From assembly GCA_964270895.1 (NCBI GenBank), contig OZ185439.1: a DNA stretch of 64,000 bases; one strand, given 5' to 3'. Below the pieces are notes generated by a model. That model was not told the origin of the DNA. It saw only the letters and a program-made list of their open reading frames with translations, and searched no databases. Every line of letters begins with the position of its first letter. Within the stretch, counting starts at the first letter, position 1. Below are positions 12,461-26,978 of the stretch, one piece after another. A program made the position numbers and the translations under genes. The DNA is from Podarcis filfolensis (Eukaryota).

Positions 12461-15400
12461 AGACCCAGGTCTTCTCAAATTCACCTCTATTTTCACTATA
12501 TGTGTAACATTTAGTGGTAACATACCTGTATATGAAATCCCCCCCCCAAAAAAAGCTGTAAGAAATTTCCCAAGATCAACATTCTTTTAACTTCTCCTGA
12601 ATTTCCAATCTATATTTAAGCTAAGCAGAACTCTCAGTTCAAAATTGCTTCAAATTTCATTTTAGGGGTGGGGGGGGGGGGAAAGAGGCTCACAACTTAA
12701 TGTGGCTTAGGTAAAATTCCAATGCAGAAGGACTCCTAAAATTCACCCCAAGAATTTAGGGAAAATTCCGTATGAATGTCATATTCATACATCAATGTGT
12801 TTTTGAAATTTGGGATCACTTGCTGAAATATCTCTTTGTGTGAAACAGTAACACAGTAAGTGAAAGACAGAGCAAATTATGTCTTGTCAAAGACATCTAG
12901 TTTGTGTATCAAAAGTGGTCCTAATGACCGTTTCATCAAACCAATTATGTCTAGCCAGCTTGAATAGAAGTAGCCACTACGAGGGAGAGATGAGAGCCAC
13001 AACCTTCCAAGATAATGTTAAAAAAAGGGGTATGCCCCCCACCCATACCTTCTACATATGAGTGACTTGCAAGAACTGTTTAAGTGCCCTGCTAAATTAA
13101 GTGAAGGATCTTGTAAGTATGTGATGGCTAGTAGATGGATGAGCTTACTTATTGTAAGCCTTCCCTCTGCCCATGCACCTAACCTTAGATCTGGGATTGG
13201 TGCTAGGGCATCATTCTTGCCTATCATATGGGGTAGGAGGAGTCCTTACAGAGCATATATAAAGGGACTCCTTTGGTTCAGATAACTCCCTGATTCTGAA
13301 GGCTTATCCTACAGGGGCAGCAGAGTTTCCTGGAGCCTTAAAAACCAGGCTTAGTGGGCTTTACTGTAATTTGGAGAAAAAAAAACCCAAGATTTTGAGG
13401 GTGAGTTGAAAACTCACTGAAAATAGAGATGCTATTTGAAAATAGCAAGTGAAACTAAAACTTACAAGCCTGTTTGGGGTCAGTTTTATTATTTGGGTCA
13501 ATTCTCCCAATTGCTTTTCCGCAGAGATGTGGCGGCTGACTACCATCCATATCTGAAATCCATCATTATAAGCTGAGAGGGAGCTTTCTGAAAATAAGCA
13601 AGCTTCCTGCATCCTCACACACGCACCCCCCCCCAACTCCTTCAAAATACCATCTAAGAATGCCAAGCCAATTTGGAATTGAGCCAAGGCTAGTTCACCC
13701 ATCACTACCTGGAAGGTGCGGGAAGTGTAAATGTTTTATATTTACACTTCGTTAATAGATTCAATAACGCTCTTTAATTCTTCATTAAATTTTGTGGTGT
13801 GCTTTTTTCCTGTTACAAAGTAAACCTTTTTGGGTGAAAGAATGAAACAAGCCTCATTTTATTTCAGAAAAGTGTAGCGTGCTTCAACTATCAGAAGTTT
13901 AGTTATTCTAAGGAAGCTTTTCTCTTGTGACATCGTAGGCTAAAGGAACCAAATTCTCCCACGAGTTTCACTTGTGGCTAATATTTACTTATATTAGTAC
14001 ACACCTACACATCTCTCGTCCGCAAATGTCAGCTCTAATTGGGATTCCAAGCAGTGACTGCATGCTGTGCGCATGAGGAATGTAAATCATTTTCGTTAAC
14101 ATAAGATGTAAGAAATGTCTCTGGATGGGAATTCAGGGAGAAGAAACCCGATCGCTTTGCTTGGTTAAAGTAATCATTGACTTCCTAATACATTTAAGTA
14201 ATATGTTTTTAAGTCTCCAGTGAATGTACAAAGCACAGTGGAACAGATGGGCTGGTGAATTTAATGCAAATAAATGAGTAATCATAAATGCAGGCTCCCA
14301 AGCTATTAAAAGGAAGTTTAGATCATTTCTGTTTTCTCATCAGGTTCAGGGAAGCAATAATTTTGAATGTGTAATTAAATAAGAACACCCACCCTCCCCC
14401 CTGCAGAAAAAGGCATATGGATGTTTCTTTTTCTTTTGGGTGTTTTTTTCTCTCTTGCATATGGTTCTGCAAATTTACATCAGGAATTGGGGACCAAATT
14501 AGTTGTTATTGTAATCAAATGCCAAGTGCTAAAACTGCTGCTATATGAATCAGTCTCTTTAACATGCAGTAGAAGCCACACAATGTCCCGACGTCACACA
14601 GCACAAGGCATCTCCTTCCTTCCGCTTGCTGATGACAGGCAAGCACAGAAATTTGACCTATCTACGAGACAGGTTCTATTAGTCATTGCAGAGGGGGAAC
14701 CAGATGCACAGCACCTGTCTTTACCATAATGTTCAGATTGGCTCTTACTATGATTTAATCATTTAATTTCCTCTCTCCAAGAAACTCTGGGAAATGTAGT
14801 TCTGTGCAGTGCGTCAGAAGACTCCAAAAGAGAACTGTCAGTCCATTCACTCACGGAACCAATATTTCTAAAATTCATTGGCGAAAAACCATATCAGTAA
14901 AAACCAATGTAAAACCAGAATATCTTTGCCACCCCCCCTCTCTCTCCCCCCACCCCTGTATAGGAAAATCCCATTCCAGCGGTTTATCAACTTCCACCTT
15001 TAACCAACAGTAAGTCTTTTTTCAGTCATTGACCCTTGGTCAGCCCTCCAGGTCCCTCATTCCAGGGGTGGGTGTGGCCACCCCAAACTCTTGTGCATGC
15101 ACACACACTTAGAGCCATGCAGATTAGCTGAGGGGGAGGGTTTATTAACCCCTTTCTGCTCATCAAATGATAGATCTGATGACTGAGGAGGGGGTATTTG
15201 CATCTGCTTTAGGGTGCCCACCCCAGCACTATGTCTTCTCCCCACCACACCCTGCTAGCTGGCACCACCAAAATTGTTAGGATCTTAAAGGGAAGCAGGA
15301 AAAAAATGGGGGGGGGGTGAACTAAGGATTAGCCAACTTTGTTTTAGAGATCTAGGCAAACGGTAATTAGACTACCTTCCCTTAAAGATGTTTGGTCACA

Positions 15401-16003
15401 AATATTTGCTGAACACTTTGATGGCATTTCAAAAGATAAAAGTGAGGAGTGAAGAAATGACAGAATGTTGAAAACAAAATCAGGTTCTTAGCCTTTAAAC
15501 AGGGAAGTAAAGCTGTCAAGGATTTGGTTTTGAAACACCTACTGAATCAAAGGTGGTCCTTGTTAAATATCACAGAGGGAACAAGAAGGCCAGACCAGGA
15601 GTTCCAAAAGCAAAACCAAGATGAAAACTGTTCAGTCTTGATGCAGTATATATGACATATACTTCCATTTAATTCTATGTTTGTGCATGGAATTGTGACA
15701 AGATAATTGCCAATGGCATAAACATGAATACACCATCAGAACAACGTAATATCAGGGTGGTCATCTGAAGCCTCCCTGCTAAGCCAATGAGCCTTTATGG
15801 CTGAGCATCAGTGCCTGCATGTCTTCCTTGACACCCCAGCCTGATGGATCTGAAACACATCTGGAACTGGGACAACTTGTTGCAGGAAGAAGGTGGCATG
15901 CTACTTCCTTCCCTGAGCAAAATGGTCAGGGTTTTCACAGCTAAATCCTCTGAACCTGACAAGAGTGGCTAACACTGATAAAGTTGTGAGGAACAGACAA
16001 TAG

Positions 16004-16131
16004 CAGTACTATTTGTCTAGAAAAAGACGTGCCAGAACTCACCATGAACACCTCCCTTGTTTTCTTATAATGGCAATGGTGCCCACCTGAGAGGTGCCGA
16101 GACTGAGTTCTGGCTGAAAAGAGAAAACCTG
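16004..16131. mobile_element. Second copy of the short DNA element at 2750-2873
   Basis: Direct sequence similarity between the two copies. Confidence 0.65.
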
Positions 16132-16222
16132 GGCAAAAATGTCCACCATTGTCCAAAGCTTTAGGAACATTGGAAGCCTTGGTACATCTAGCTCATTACT
16201 GACCACACTGACTGGCTTTTTC

Positions 16223-16327
16223 AAAACAGGGAATATTCCCAGCCCTCCCTGGAGATTCCAGGGATCAAACCTGAGACCTTTTTCATGCAAACCAGATGCT
16301 CTACCACTGAACTTACAGCCCTTCCCT
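16223..16327 (-). mobile_element. tRNA-derived SINE head (Squam2-like), partial
   Basis: Reverse complement gggaagggctgtaagttcagtggtagagcatctggtttgcatgaaaaaggtctcaggtttgatccctgg has degenerate A and B boxes. Confidence 0.6.
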
Positions 16328-16529
16328 CTGGCGACTATCACATTTCCCTTTGGGCAAATGCGATATTTGCCAGATCCGCAGTCTAAGAGATCACCACCGC
16401 ACTTTTATACATTACAGCGTGTATGCACCCCTCTGCATCTCACTGTGGTTTTGCCCCTAGCGTACTGTGCCGGAGAGCAAATGGCAACACAGCAGAGGAG
16501 AGGCAGGCCCGAGTACAGGCTGTACCTTC

Positions 16530-17400
16530 CTACTCCTTTTTTAGTATTATTATTATCTTTATTGCATCTTAAAAAATTACAGAGAAAGCATGAATTAAAC
16601 ATGACATCCAAATATTCAAAAAGAAAAAGAAAAAAATACAAAAAATAAAAAGTATAAAAAATTAAAAAATGATAAATAATAATAATAAAAAAGAATTAGA
16701 CAAGTACACAAAATTGTTCAAAGGATACAAACAGTAATTTGAATATTCTCTACGCCAGGTTCTCAGAAAGAAATTACATTTGTAATCCTTCTTTTCTTTC
16801 TCTCTTTACAGTCACTTTCTTTCTGTTCCGGAAAACTAGTTTGAATCCCTGCTATATTAGCTGACTTCCCTCTATCTCTTTGCGGCTTCAACACTACTCT
16901 TAAGTGACAAATATTCTGTATTCATTTATTAAAATCAGGTTTTTTTCTATTATATCTGTGAGATTAATCTAAGCACAACCAAGTATTGTTTTTGGAACCA
17001 TACTTTGTCAGGTAGTTTTTAAAGCAATCCCATTCCTTTTATACCTTGTCGCCTGAGTGATCTCTTATTAGTTCTGTCATTTTGGCTAGTTCGAGGTACA
17101 GTACTCGCACAACTTTAATTGCCACTCATCTTTTGTTGGTATTAACTCACTTTTCCAGTATTTTGCTATTAGCATTCTAGCTGCTGTTGTCACATAAAGA
17201 AACACTCTTTTATTTTCATTTGGGATGCTTATCGTTAGAATGCCTAATATGAAAGCTTCAGGTTTCTTTAAAAATGTGTGTTTTAGCATTCTTTTTATTT
17301 CCTCATAGATCATGTCCCAATTTTTTTTATTTGGGGACATGCCCACCACCTGTGGAATAGACCGTGCTACTCCTATCTGGATGTGCCACAAACCCTTCTT
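16530..17400 (-). mobile_element. L1-clade LINE 3' fragment
   Basis: ORF2 C-terminus LFHRWWACP..(frameshift)..WDMIYEEIKRMLK..KPEAFILGI..TTAARMLIAKYWK..PTKDEWQLKL, then an A/T-rich 3' UTR with AATAAA near 16558-16563. The 5' limit is approximate. Confidence 0.75.
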
Positions 17401-19223
17401 AGTCTGCCAGTGGTGTCCTAGAATTTGGCCACCTATAGCTTTGGGTGATAAATAGGCCCAGTCCTGCCTATGAACCAGTAGCATAGCATGGCTTTAGTTG
17501 TGTTATTTCTAAATAGAGACAAAACCAGAAGCAAATGTAACCTGAGAGACAAGGTTGCACCAGACATGTTTACTTCATCTATTTTGTATCTGTCTCTTGC
17601 TTCAGGGTTTTTACTGTCACTGGCTCTCTTGAGCCTGCAATCTGTTGACAGGAATGATAGTCCCTATCTACAGTATGCCTCCTATTTGCACCATAGGTGC
17701 TTGGGGAAATATTATCATCCACAGGCATTCCATTTCCATTACAAGCCAATGCCCGGAGAAGAATACTGCTGTTCCAGCCTCTGCCGTACAAGCTGAATGT
17801 GTCCTATGCGGAATTTCTCCCTTTCGTTCTCAGAAGCTTTCCAGTCTGAGTCTCAAAACATGGAAGCTGTGAGGTTGTCCTCTCTCTTCCTCCCTTATAG
17901 CACTGTGGCACTGAGGGCTGCACTGAGAATATGGCAGAGAAACAAAATAGACCACAATCCAGCACAATAAACACAGTTAAGCCCCTTTAAATCCACAGGT
18001 TTAAGTGCGCCTAACTCTGTGCTGAATTGCAGCCATTAAGCTTACTGGCCCCTTCAATATCAATAACGAAGGTTTTAGCTTATAAAGGACTCTGGCCTGC
18101 ACCATAAAAATAGATCATTTTCAACTATCCTCTGCCACTTTAACATTAAACAGAAGATTGCGAACATAATTTTAGATGTCTTTACTACTGCTCTACCAAA
18201 ATGTCGCAAGAACAACATCTGGAATGAAATTCATAGCTACTTCTCTAGGTAAAACATTCAAGGAACTTAGACAGAAGTCATAAAGTTTCAGTAAACATTT
18301 TAGTCAATAAGGGATTAGGACAGGTCTGTTGAGAGGGGGTATGGGGGTGCAGATGTACCAAGTCTACAGACAGCAGAAGCATCAGACTCTGGGATTTTAT
18401 TTATTTTTTAAAGTAAGCTGATTGGTCTCCTGTAAAGGAAGTTAAGAACCAAAATGTGCTGGCAGATGAACCAATATGGCTGTTCCTGCCTTTCAGTGCT
18501 TTTTGCCAGAGTGAAGTCAGAACTGTGATTGACAAGTGAGGTGTTTGGATACCAGGAGACAAGAATTCCTGAGGTCATAAACAGTGCAGTATTCCTCACC
18601 CCTGCATTTTTATTTATCCTTTTCTGTTTCTTGGAATCTCTACAGTTTGAGATCCAACACTCCCTCAAAGTGTGTGTGTTCCCCCCCAATTGGATGTCAC
18701 CCACCCCTTCATTCCAAAATTTGAAAAATATATATGCAAAGATGCTTAGACAACTCCAGGCACTTATTAAAAACTCACTGTATGGTTAGCTTACAGTGCA
18801 CTGGTATACATGTCTATTCAAAAATAAGTATCTGTGTGTTTAATGGGGTTCATGGCGAGAGGATCCTTTGTGCACAGCAAACTGGGAGCTCAGTTGAACA
18901 CAAGTGGGTCTCATGCATCCAAAAATGTGATAATTAGGCCAGATGAAGATTGGTTTAAGCACTGGAGCTGTACTACTTTTCAGGGGTAGAGGGGAGACCC
19001 AGAAAAAGTCCCTTTACAGTCTAATGATGCATCACTCTGTTTAAAGGAAGCAAAATATGATTACAAGTAGCCATTTTATTCCTCCTTCTATGGCTATATC
19101 CTGCAAAAGAGGGTTCAAATTTGCATATGACATATGCATGCAAATTTTATGTGCATTTTTTTCAGCAAGTGTAGCAAAGAGCCCAATTCACAGCATATTG
19201 GGCCCAGAAAATCCTGTTCACAC

Positions 19224-19228
<5 letters not shown>

Positions 19229-19316
<88 letters not shown>

Positions 19317-19520
19317 TATACCCCGCCCTCCCCAGCCAAGGCCGGGCTCAGGGCGGCTAACAAGCAATAATAAAAACAAGTTGAATGAATACAACTTAAA
19401 AACAAAATTAAAATACAACATTAAAATATTAAAATATTGAAACATTAAAATATTAAAATGTAGCCTCATCGCAGGAGGAGAAAGGAAAAGAAAAAAGAAA
19501 GAGGGGGAGGGAATCAAATA
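19229..19520 (-). mobile_element. L2 LINE 3' end with expanded (AAT)n/(ATT)n tail
   Basis: tataccccgccctcccagccaaggccgggctcagggcggctaac is the reverse complement of the L2 terminus seen at 49250-49300. Confidence 0.7.
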
Positions 19521-22500
19521 AGGGTTTCTCATGTCCCCTATGTCAATTTTTCAGACACGTAGAGAAAACACCTCTCTTTCCTCAGTTAGCAGTGTGGTAG
19601 GCATGAAGAAGACATTCTCATTCCCCCGCTTTGAAATTGAAAGTTCTTAGGTATTTATATTTTAGATTCTGCAAATTATCACCTTTTGATCAAATGTGTG
19701 CCTGCAAGTTACTGTTTGATTGGATGTGACAGGAAGATAGCCTAATGTGCAAAGGGGGGAAAGGGAAGGGGTGTTTTATTGATAAAAACGTCAGATAAAT
19801 GGGAAGAAAGCATATTTCATATAGTTTCCGCTAGAAATTTCTGAAATGACATCAAAAGGCATAAAATGCCACCTCAAATACTTAAGGCTGAAGCAGTAAT
19901 TTATAAAACAAAATTACTTGGAAGTCAAGAAGCAAATTTGCTGCTTAATTCCATACAAAATATGGAACCTCGTGGGGAAAGTGCTGAATTTGCGAGATAT
20001 TGGCATCTAAGAGCCCCACCCCCAAAAAGAAAGGTACTAAATAAATTTGCTACTTCTTAACTCCTTTCAACTGAATGATGGGTGAAATCCCAAAAACCCT
20101 TGAATTTCTCTTTATCGGGGGGAAAAATGATGCTGAACAATTGTATCAGCTAGATTTCACACTAATATTTTTGAGCTCATGCGTAAACTAAAGAATTAGC
20201 TCTAGTACAGTAATTATGACTATTTAAAATGAGTACTAAATAGCAATTATATAGAATATTTCCCCATAGATTATGTCTGTAATTCCTATAACAACCTTGT
20301 TATTACCTCTGTATTGCAGATGGGGAGCCAAGGCTAAAAGGTAGTGGCTTGCCTAAGACTTCCCTAGTGAGCATCTGATTAAAGCAGTATTTAAATCAGG
20401 AACCTTGTGGCTCACATATGCTTACGTCCTTTTTCAATACAGAACATCAGCTCTCTTCTCTCTAAAGGTGTTCCTTAGTATATCTGTGGGCTTCACCTGT
20501 ATGCCCACCCTAAAAACTGCAGTGGGTTGTGGGGGGGGGGAGACTCTCCCCTCCCCTATAGTAAAACAACCAAACAAACTCTAAAGCACCTACCAAGGCA
20601 AACTTGAAGTTGCAAGGCTTATACAATGAGGCAAAACCTTTTAAACCTGCTAGATTACCTGAAAAACAACAACATATTGCTCAAATTTACCTAAAGCTTC
20701 CAAAAACATATTTTGTAAAGTTCATTTCACAAAACTGCTAAGGAAACTGAATGTTATGAGCCTGAGAGATAAAGTAGTGGATTATGACATCGGAACAACA
20801 GTGACATTTTTAAAGGACAATAGAAAGCACATGAATTAGCGATCATGTGCAAACTGTTTAGGTCAGTCTTGCGATTAGGCAGAATGAGGCAACTGCGTCA
20901 GGTGGCAGATTCTGGATGAGGGGAGTGGACCTGAGGACAAAGCGAAGTGTGCCCCATAACTGCTGCCTTCAGCTATGGTGGAAGATGCTGTCCTATCTCC
21001 TAAATGGAAGAAAGATTGAACTGCTGAGCTAGTCGACTTCTGCATGTGTCATAGGAGCACGAAGCAAAACACCTTTGGCCAGCCCTGCAAATTGTCACTG
21101 AGATGAGTGTGGAATTTTCCTTCATTTCTCATTGTCAAGTAATTTTATTGTATAAGGTGGCATTTCATGCCTTTTCCTTCTATTATCCGATGTAATTTCA
21201 CAACTCCCTGGTAGAAACGGCATGAGAGGTGCTTCCTTCCCATTTGTCTGTGCATGATTTTTTTTTCTTTTTTGGCAGATATTTACTTTTCTAATATGAA
21301 TGCCTTTTCACACTGATGGCTGTCTTGTGTCCAATTAACAGGTAAAGTGTGGGGATTGGATTCGTACGACAACTTTTAGGTTTTTACCGCCTTCCCATGC
21401 CTTTAAGAAAATGGCAGTTCATTGCAAGAAGCTTAGTCCAATGAAAATATAAGAAATCTTGCTTTTTATAGTTAACATTTCAGATTAGTCTCCACTGAAG
21501 TCCAATGGCATGTCAAGTTTCCATCCATGGAAACATTTCCCCTGTTGCTTCCATTTGCTAACGCTAATTTATGTTTGAAAATATATATAATGTCTAGGCA
21601 TTGTATTTGACACAAACAACTTGTCTGTTTTAAACCAAAGCGCTCAGTGAGCCATGAAGAAAATATAATATGAGCATTATATTTTATTTGAAAATGTTAT
21701 TAAACAATAAGCCTGGCTTATCCCAGGGTTTAATCATAGGGCACCTAAGTCAGCCAGGTATTAGAATGGAACTACATTGCTGTTCAAGCTTTGGGGCTAA
21801 GCAGACCGAGTTATGCAATTTTAAAAAGCCATTTGTGCCAGAAAATTAAGAATCAGACTTAATTTGACAATATTATAATATACATTTAAATAACTTTCCA
21901 ATTCTACAGTGAATCCCAAAATGGAATGCATTGGTATTCAACCAGTTTGCCCGTGTGACATTGAAACATGAATGTTAAATAAATCTATCCATAATAAATG
22001 GGTGTTTATGCAATAGATTATAAAATATGTATCTTTATATTCTTATGCATGCATTCAGCATCCGACATAATAGATGGATGTTAAATGGTGACATATGCAT
22101 ATGAAGATTGCAGCTGAACTCTTTGCACCCAACAAAGGGTATACATAGCATCTGAGGCTGCATGTGTGCCGTTCTGTAAAAGTAACTGTAATCCTATTAC
22201 CAGCTGTTTGCCACGAAAGGGGTGGGGGATGGATATATTCAGTCCTTGAAGAATAGAACTGAGGAATCAAAAACAAAAGTTCCTGTTTAGCTAGGGCAAC
22301 ACATGCAAAACCCTGATTCCATACACTTATAGCTTTTAGCCGTTTTGGGGTATATGTATGAGCTGTCAGTGACATTTTTGCACCTTAAGGCAGCGTGTAA
22401 TCTAGATCTTTTCCATAAGGTTCCTAAGCAGATGTGCATTATACTGCTTCAGCATGGCTTTTGCAGTGCAGGACATTCGAGCAAAGCCAGCTTCGTTCTT

Positions 22501-24114
22501 TCTCCTATTTCGGTAGCTTCAGAGGCAAAAAACCACACACACCAAGGGTTCAGTAATGAGAAAATGAGCTGAAAAGTCTGAAACTAATGCACCTGACCCA
22601 GAAAGACCACAGCTAATTAAAACAATACCCCTAGGCTGAAGATGGCAAAGCAGACAGCAAGTGAACTAATCAGGGGGCATGTGAGTATCAGGGCATGATC
22701 TAAAGCTCATTAAAGTCAATGGAAGTTTCTAACCAAGTTCAATGGTGCAAGAATCAAATTCGTGATGCAGAACACGTTCAGTAGCACAAGACATACATTA
22801 CATACTCACTCTCCCAAGCAGAACCCAAGGACAAAGCCTTCCACTTCAGGGCTATGACATGTGAAGGATGTGCATCTCAATTTGATTTAACTGACATGTG
22901 ATGTGTCATGTGCTCCTCCTTCACTCACTGGGGAAGATTTCTCCACATAAGCTCATGGCTCCAATCACATGCTGTTCCCTGTCTGACAGCCAGCAAATGA
23001 TTACCACGAGATAAGGAACGCTAGACTTTGAGTCGCTGCACCATCTAGTCTACTACACTGGAGTTATTTCCCACTTCCGAACAGGGAGGAGACTACGGTT
23101 GCCACTGCGCTTTGCCCAAAGCGAATGGGATTTATGGTGTTCTGCAGGCAAAACAGCAGAGAAAGGTCTAGGAAAGCCAAAAGAGGTTTCAGTGGGCTGA
23201 CTTCTCCCCAGGTTGTTGCCCATATTTCAAAGCAAAATTTGAAGTTAATCAGATCTAAGAGATATTGAGAGAAAGCAAAACAGTTCTGATAAAACTATTT
23301 AAATTTCTCTAAGGCAGGTTGGTACATCTTTAGACTCAATGGGGGGGGTTGTGCCCAATTATGGGGGGATGAAGAAATGAACGAAGGGTCACTTCAATAG
23401 AGATTTCATGAGAAGTAGTAAGTGACTTGAGAGGTATCTTAGTACAATGCTGGTGATGGCTCATTGCCCAGCCGTTTGTTTGTTTGTTCAACTTTTATTG
23501 ATTCCCACCCCCACCCCCCGTTGTGTGAGTGTTCACTCTATCTAAACTGATGTTTATGGAAAAGTGACAAAAAGGTGAAGGAAATGTTAAATGTGCTACT
23601 GTTGTATATCCCATTTTAAAAAATTGAAGTAAGCTGATCTTGCAAAAGTCTCTTACTGTAAAAATAGATATATATATATATATTCCAATAGGACAACGAC
23701 AGCTATAGCACAGAAAAGCATTATCATGGATGGAGTGAGATGTGTGATGGATAAGACTGGGAATGACTGCCTAGGGGGTATTACATTTTTAAAATCCCTG
23801 ATGTTAGATCGATATAGCTGCTCAAACACAACTGAAGTCACAGGGCTCTAGAAGAATGGCAGTACTTCTGGGATGTGTCAGATATTTACCTCTGTTTTCT
23901 GCCCATCAAAATCTTTTAAACAACATAAATAGATGGTCTGGGTTTTGACTTTTCATCATTCCCCCTCCCCCCATAAAAATGAAAAAAGTGTTAGTCACTG
24001 ATGTAATTTCTGCCCATTCGTATTTAGAGGAAAAGCCTGAAGTGAAAAGTGATGCCAACATTTACCTTTGGTACATGGGACAAACGACTGACTAATTCAG
24101 AGGATTTAATGATC

Positions 24115-24230
24115 CAGTGTTTCTCAAACTTGGGTTCCCATCTGTTGTTGGACTACAACTCCCATCAACCCTAGCTAGCAGGACCAGTAGTAGGGATGAT
24201 GGGAGTTGCAGTGCAACCACAGCTGGGCTA
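24115..24230. mobile_element. Palindromic hAT-type MITE (same family as 569-704)
   Basis: cagtgtttctcaaactt..ctacaactcccatc..tagctagcaggaccagt..gggatgatgggagttg. Confidence 0.7.
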
Positions 24231-24985
24231 GGGACCGAAATCTGGTCGAGCGGGAAGTAAGTGTGTTCAATTCACAGAATTTTTTTAGTAAGCAAGATGT
24301 GTCAGAGGACGATACGTGAAATTTCAAACTTCTCTGTATTTTGGAAGGAGCCTAACAATTTTGACAACTTCATCAATGAACAAGTCCCAAGTGCTCTCTG
24401 TCTGTGTGTGTGGAGGGGGAGAATATGAATGAAAGATAATTTCTTGAGGGCTTCTCTTGTTCAAACACTTCAGGACACTCCAAGTTGTGCAGTATGGATT
24501 CCATTTCTTAAATTTCTCTATTTGGCATTTGGGAATTATGAAGGAAAGCAGCAGTGGAAATCTCAAGTTTTTTGGGTCTTTTGGGCAAGACGTTTTCAGC
24601 GGGCTGCCCTCTCTGAATAGGCCCATCTTGTCTTCCTTGCTGGTGTTACTGCTGCCAATTTACTCGCCTTCCCTCCAGTGCCCATATGAAACCACCTGCC
24701 AGAGAGAGCAAGAGGGCAAGTCATACTGAGATTACTATTCCTGATTACAGTTGCTGGTAACTGCGGGAAAGGAGAGTCCTCTTCTGGGCTTCCTGCAGGA
24801 ACCTTGCTGACCACTGTGAGAACACCTTGCCAGACTAGATAGACCATTGGCCTGATCCTGCAGGCTTTTCTTGTGTTCTCATTGCTTCTTTTCTTCCTTG
24901 CTCACACTGAAAGTGAACAGCCCTAAACAGCAAGGAGGAGAAGCAACAGGACCAGTAGATTCTAGGGACAGGCAATGGGAATAGT

Positions 24986-24987
24986 AG

Positions 24988-25027
<40 letters not shown>

Positions 25028-25034
25028 AATGATG

Positions 25035-25075
<41 letters not shown>

Positions 25076-25076
25076 T
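24986..25076. repeat. Compound microsatellite (GAT)n(AAT)n
   Basis: Seen directly. Confidence 0.9.
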
Positions 25077-25943
25077 CAATGCCTAGCAATGCTGACCTCT
25101 GACACCAGCTCTGCATAGCTGTCAGACAAATGTTAAGGGCTTTCTCCTTAAACTAAATAATTTCACTGCTCCTATAATTATGTGGAACATAATGCCTACG
25201 GATACTGGAAGCAAGAAAACAGAGGAAAGGACATCCTTAGAGAGCTTTATATTGCCTACCATCTACCTGCATTTTGAGTAGAAGCATCCGCACTGGAATC
25301 TAAACCTTATACACAAATTGCATTTTTCCTTTCTTTTTGGTGAGCCTACATTAATGCAATATAATGACAGAGCGTGCTTTAGTTCTCACACTCACCCTTG
25401 ATATGGTAAATTCCCTACAATGTGACTTTTGCCTGTGATTTTCATGTGGAGAAATTTCTTTTGAAGGCACACAGTGTGAGGAGCTCTGCGCTTTGCTGTG
25501 CCCCGCAGAATGACAGCTTTCCGTGGCTTCCCAAAGACATGGCAAATCTCTGATCTCAGCAAGTTGGGGGCACATTCAGGAGAGATTATCACATGGAAAT
25601 AAAAGGTGAAAGTCACATTGTAGCAACTTTTCAACATCAAAAAATGAATGTGACAATCAGGCTTTCGAGAGGAGGTGAGGCGGGGGAGAGAAAGGCAGTG
25701 TTAGGTTGCATTTCTTTGTCCTGTTGATTTCGGCAGATTTTTTGCTCTCATAGCATGCAGTGCTAGAGGTTAAATTCAATTGCTCGGGGCGGGGGGGCAG
25801 GGAGTATTTCCAGAAAATTACTGAAATTTTAGCAAAAGAGACATTAGCACAAGGGAAGAGCGATGCCATGGTATGGCTAAGATGTTTTCACTGTTTTGCA
25901 CTTGTGCCACATTCTCTGCATCTGTTGTCTAGTGCTACCAAGT

Positions 25944-26202
25944 AGAAGAAGAAGAAGAAGAAGAAGAGTTTGGATTTGATATCCCGCCTTTCACTCCCTT
26001 TTAAGGAGTCTCAAAGCGGCTAACATTCTCCTTTCCCTTCCTCCCCCACAACAAACACTCTGTGAGGTGAGTGGGGCTGAGAGACTTCAAAGAAGTGTGA
26101 CTGGCCCAAGGTCACCGAGCAGCTGCATGTGGAGGAGCGGAGACGCGAACCCGGTTCCCCAGATTACGAGACTACCACTCTTAACCACTACACCACACTG
26201 GC
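25944..26202 (-). mobile_element. tRNA-derived CORE/MIR-like SINE (Squam3-like) with (TTC)n tail
   Basis: Head GCCAGTGTGGTGTAGTGGTTAAGAG (A box) and GGTTCGCGTCTCC (B box). Three highly similar copies occur in the window. Confidence 0.85.
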
Positions 26203-26550
26203 TCTTCCAGTGGCATCTATCCTCCATTCATACTGATATATATGGCACAGGAGAAATTAGGAAGTACACATATAACAAGGGTCTCCAAGTTGCCACAGGG
26301 CTAGAAGTCAGATGGTTCCTCTATTGTTGCTCTAGTCTGAATACATCCCTTTGCCTTCTGGCATATAGACAAAATGTGCCAGCTTTGAGCTGACACTTAA
26401 AATAAATAATGCAACGAGAGTACAGGGTTCAGTATGAGGTTTCCAGTCACCTCTGATTATTGAACCCAATAACTGCCACTTGACTCTGGCAACAGCAACA
26501 AAGGTTTGAAGGCATTTAAAATTATATGAGCGTATATGGTAGAGGAGATA

Positions 26551-26978
26551 TAATAATAACAACAACAACAACAACAACAACAACAAGAAGAAGAAGAAGA
26601 AGAAGAAACAATTTTTTATTTATACCCCACTCTCCCCAACCAGAGCTGAGCTCAGGGTAGCTAACACCAGTAAAATCACAATAAAAACATAAGGGGGGGA
26701 GAAAGGGGGGGGGGGAAACCAATTTAAAACACAAGTTAAAATACAATTTAAAACACAGCCTCATTTTAATAGTAGCCCATAGATCAAAACCATAAGGGGA
26801 GAGAAACATAAGGGTCAGACTGACTCCATTCCAAAGGCCAGGCGGAACAGCTCCGTCTTGCAGGCCCTGCGGAAAGACGTCAAGTCCCACAGGGCCCTAG
26901 TATCTTGTGACAGAGCATTCCATCAAGTCAGGGCCAGTACTGAAAAGGCCCTGGCCCTAGTTGAGACCAATCTAACCA
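26551..26978 (-). mobile_element. L2 LINE 3' fragment with compound (AAT)(AAC)(AAG) tail
   Basis: Reverse complement of the plus-strand L2 at 48800-49343 (gagaccaatctaacc, gggccctag, catagatcaaaaccataagggg). Confidence 0.8.

Noticed and set aside
24835-25116. Poly-L/S/Y/H ORFs (also 19218, 26332, 54205-54685, 57293)
   Set aside because: These are translations of microsatellites and SINE or LINE tails.
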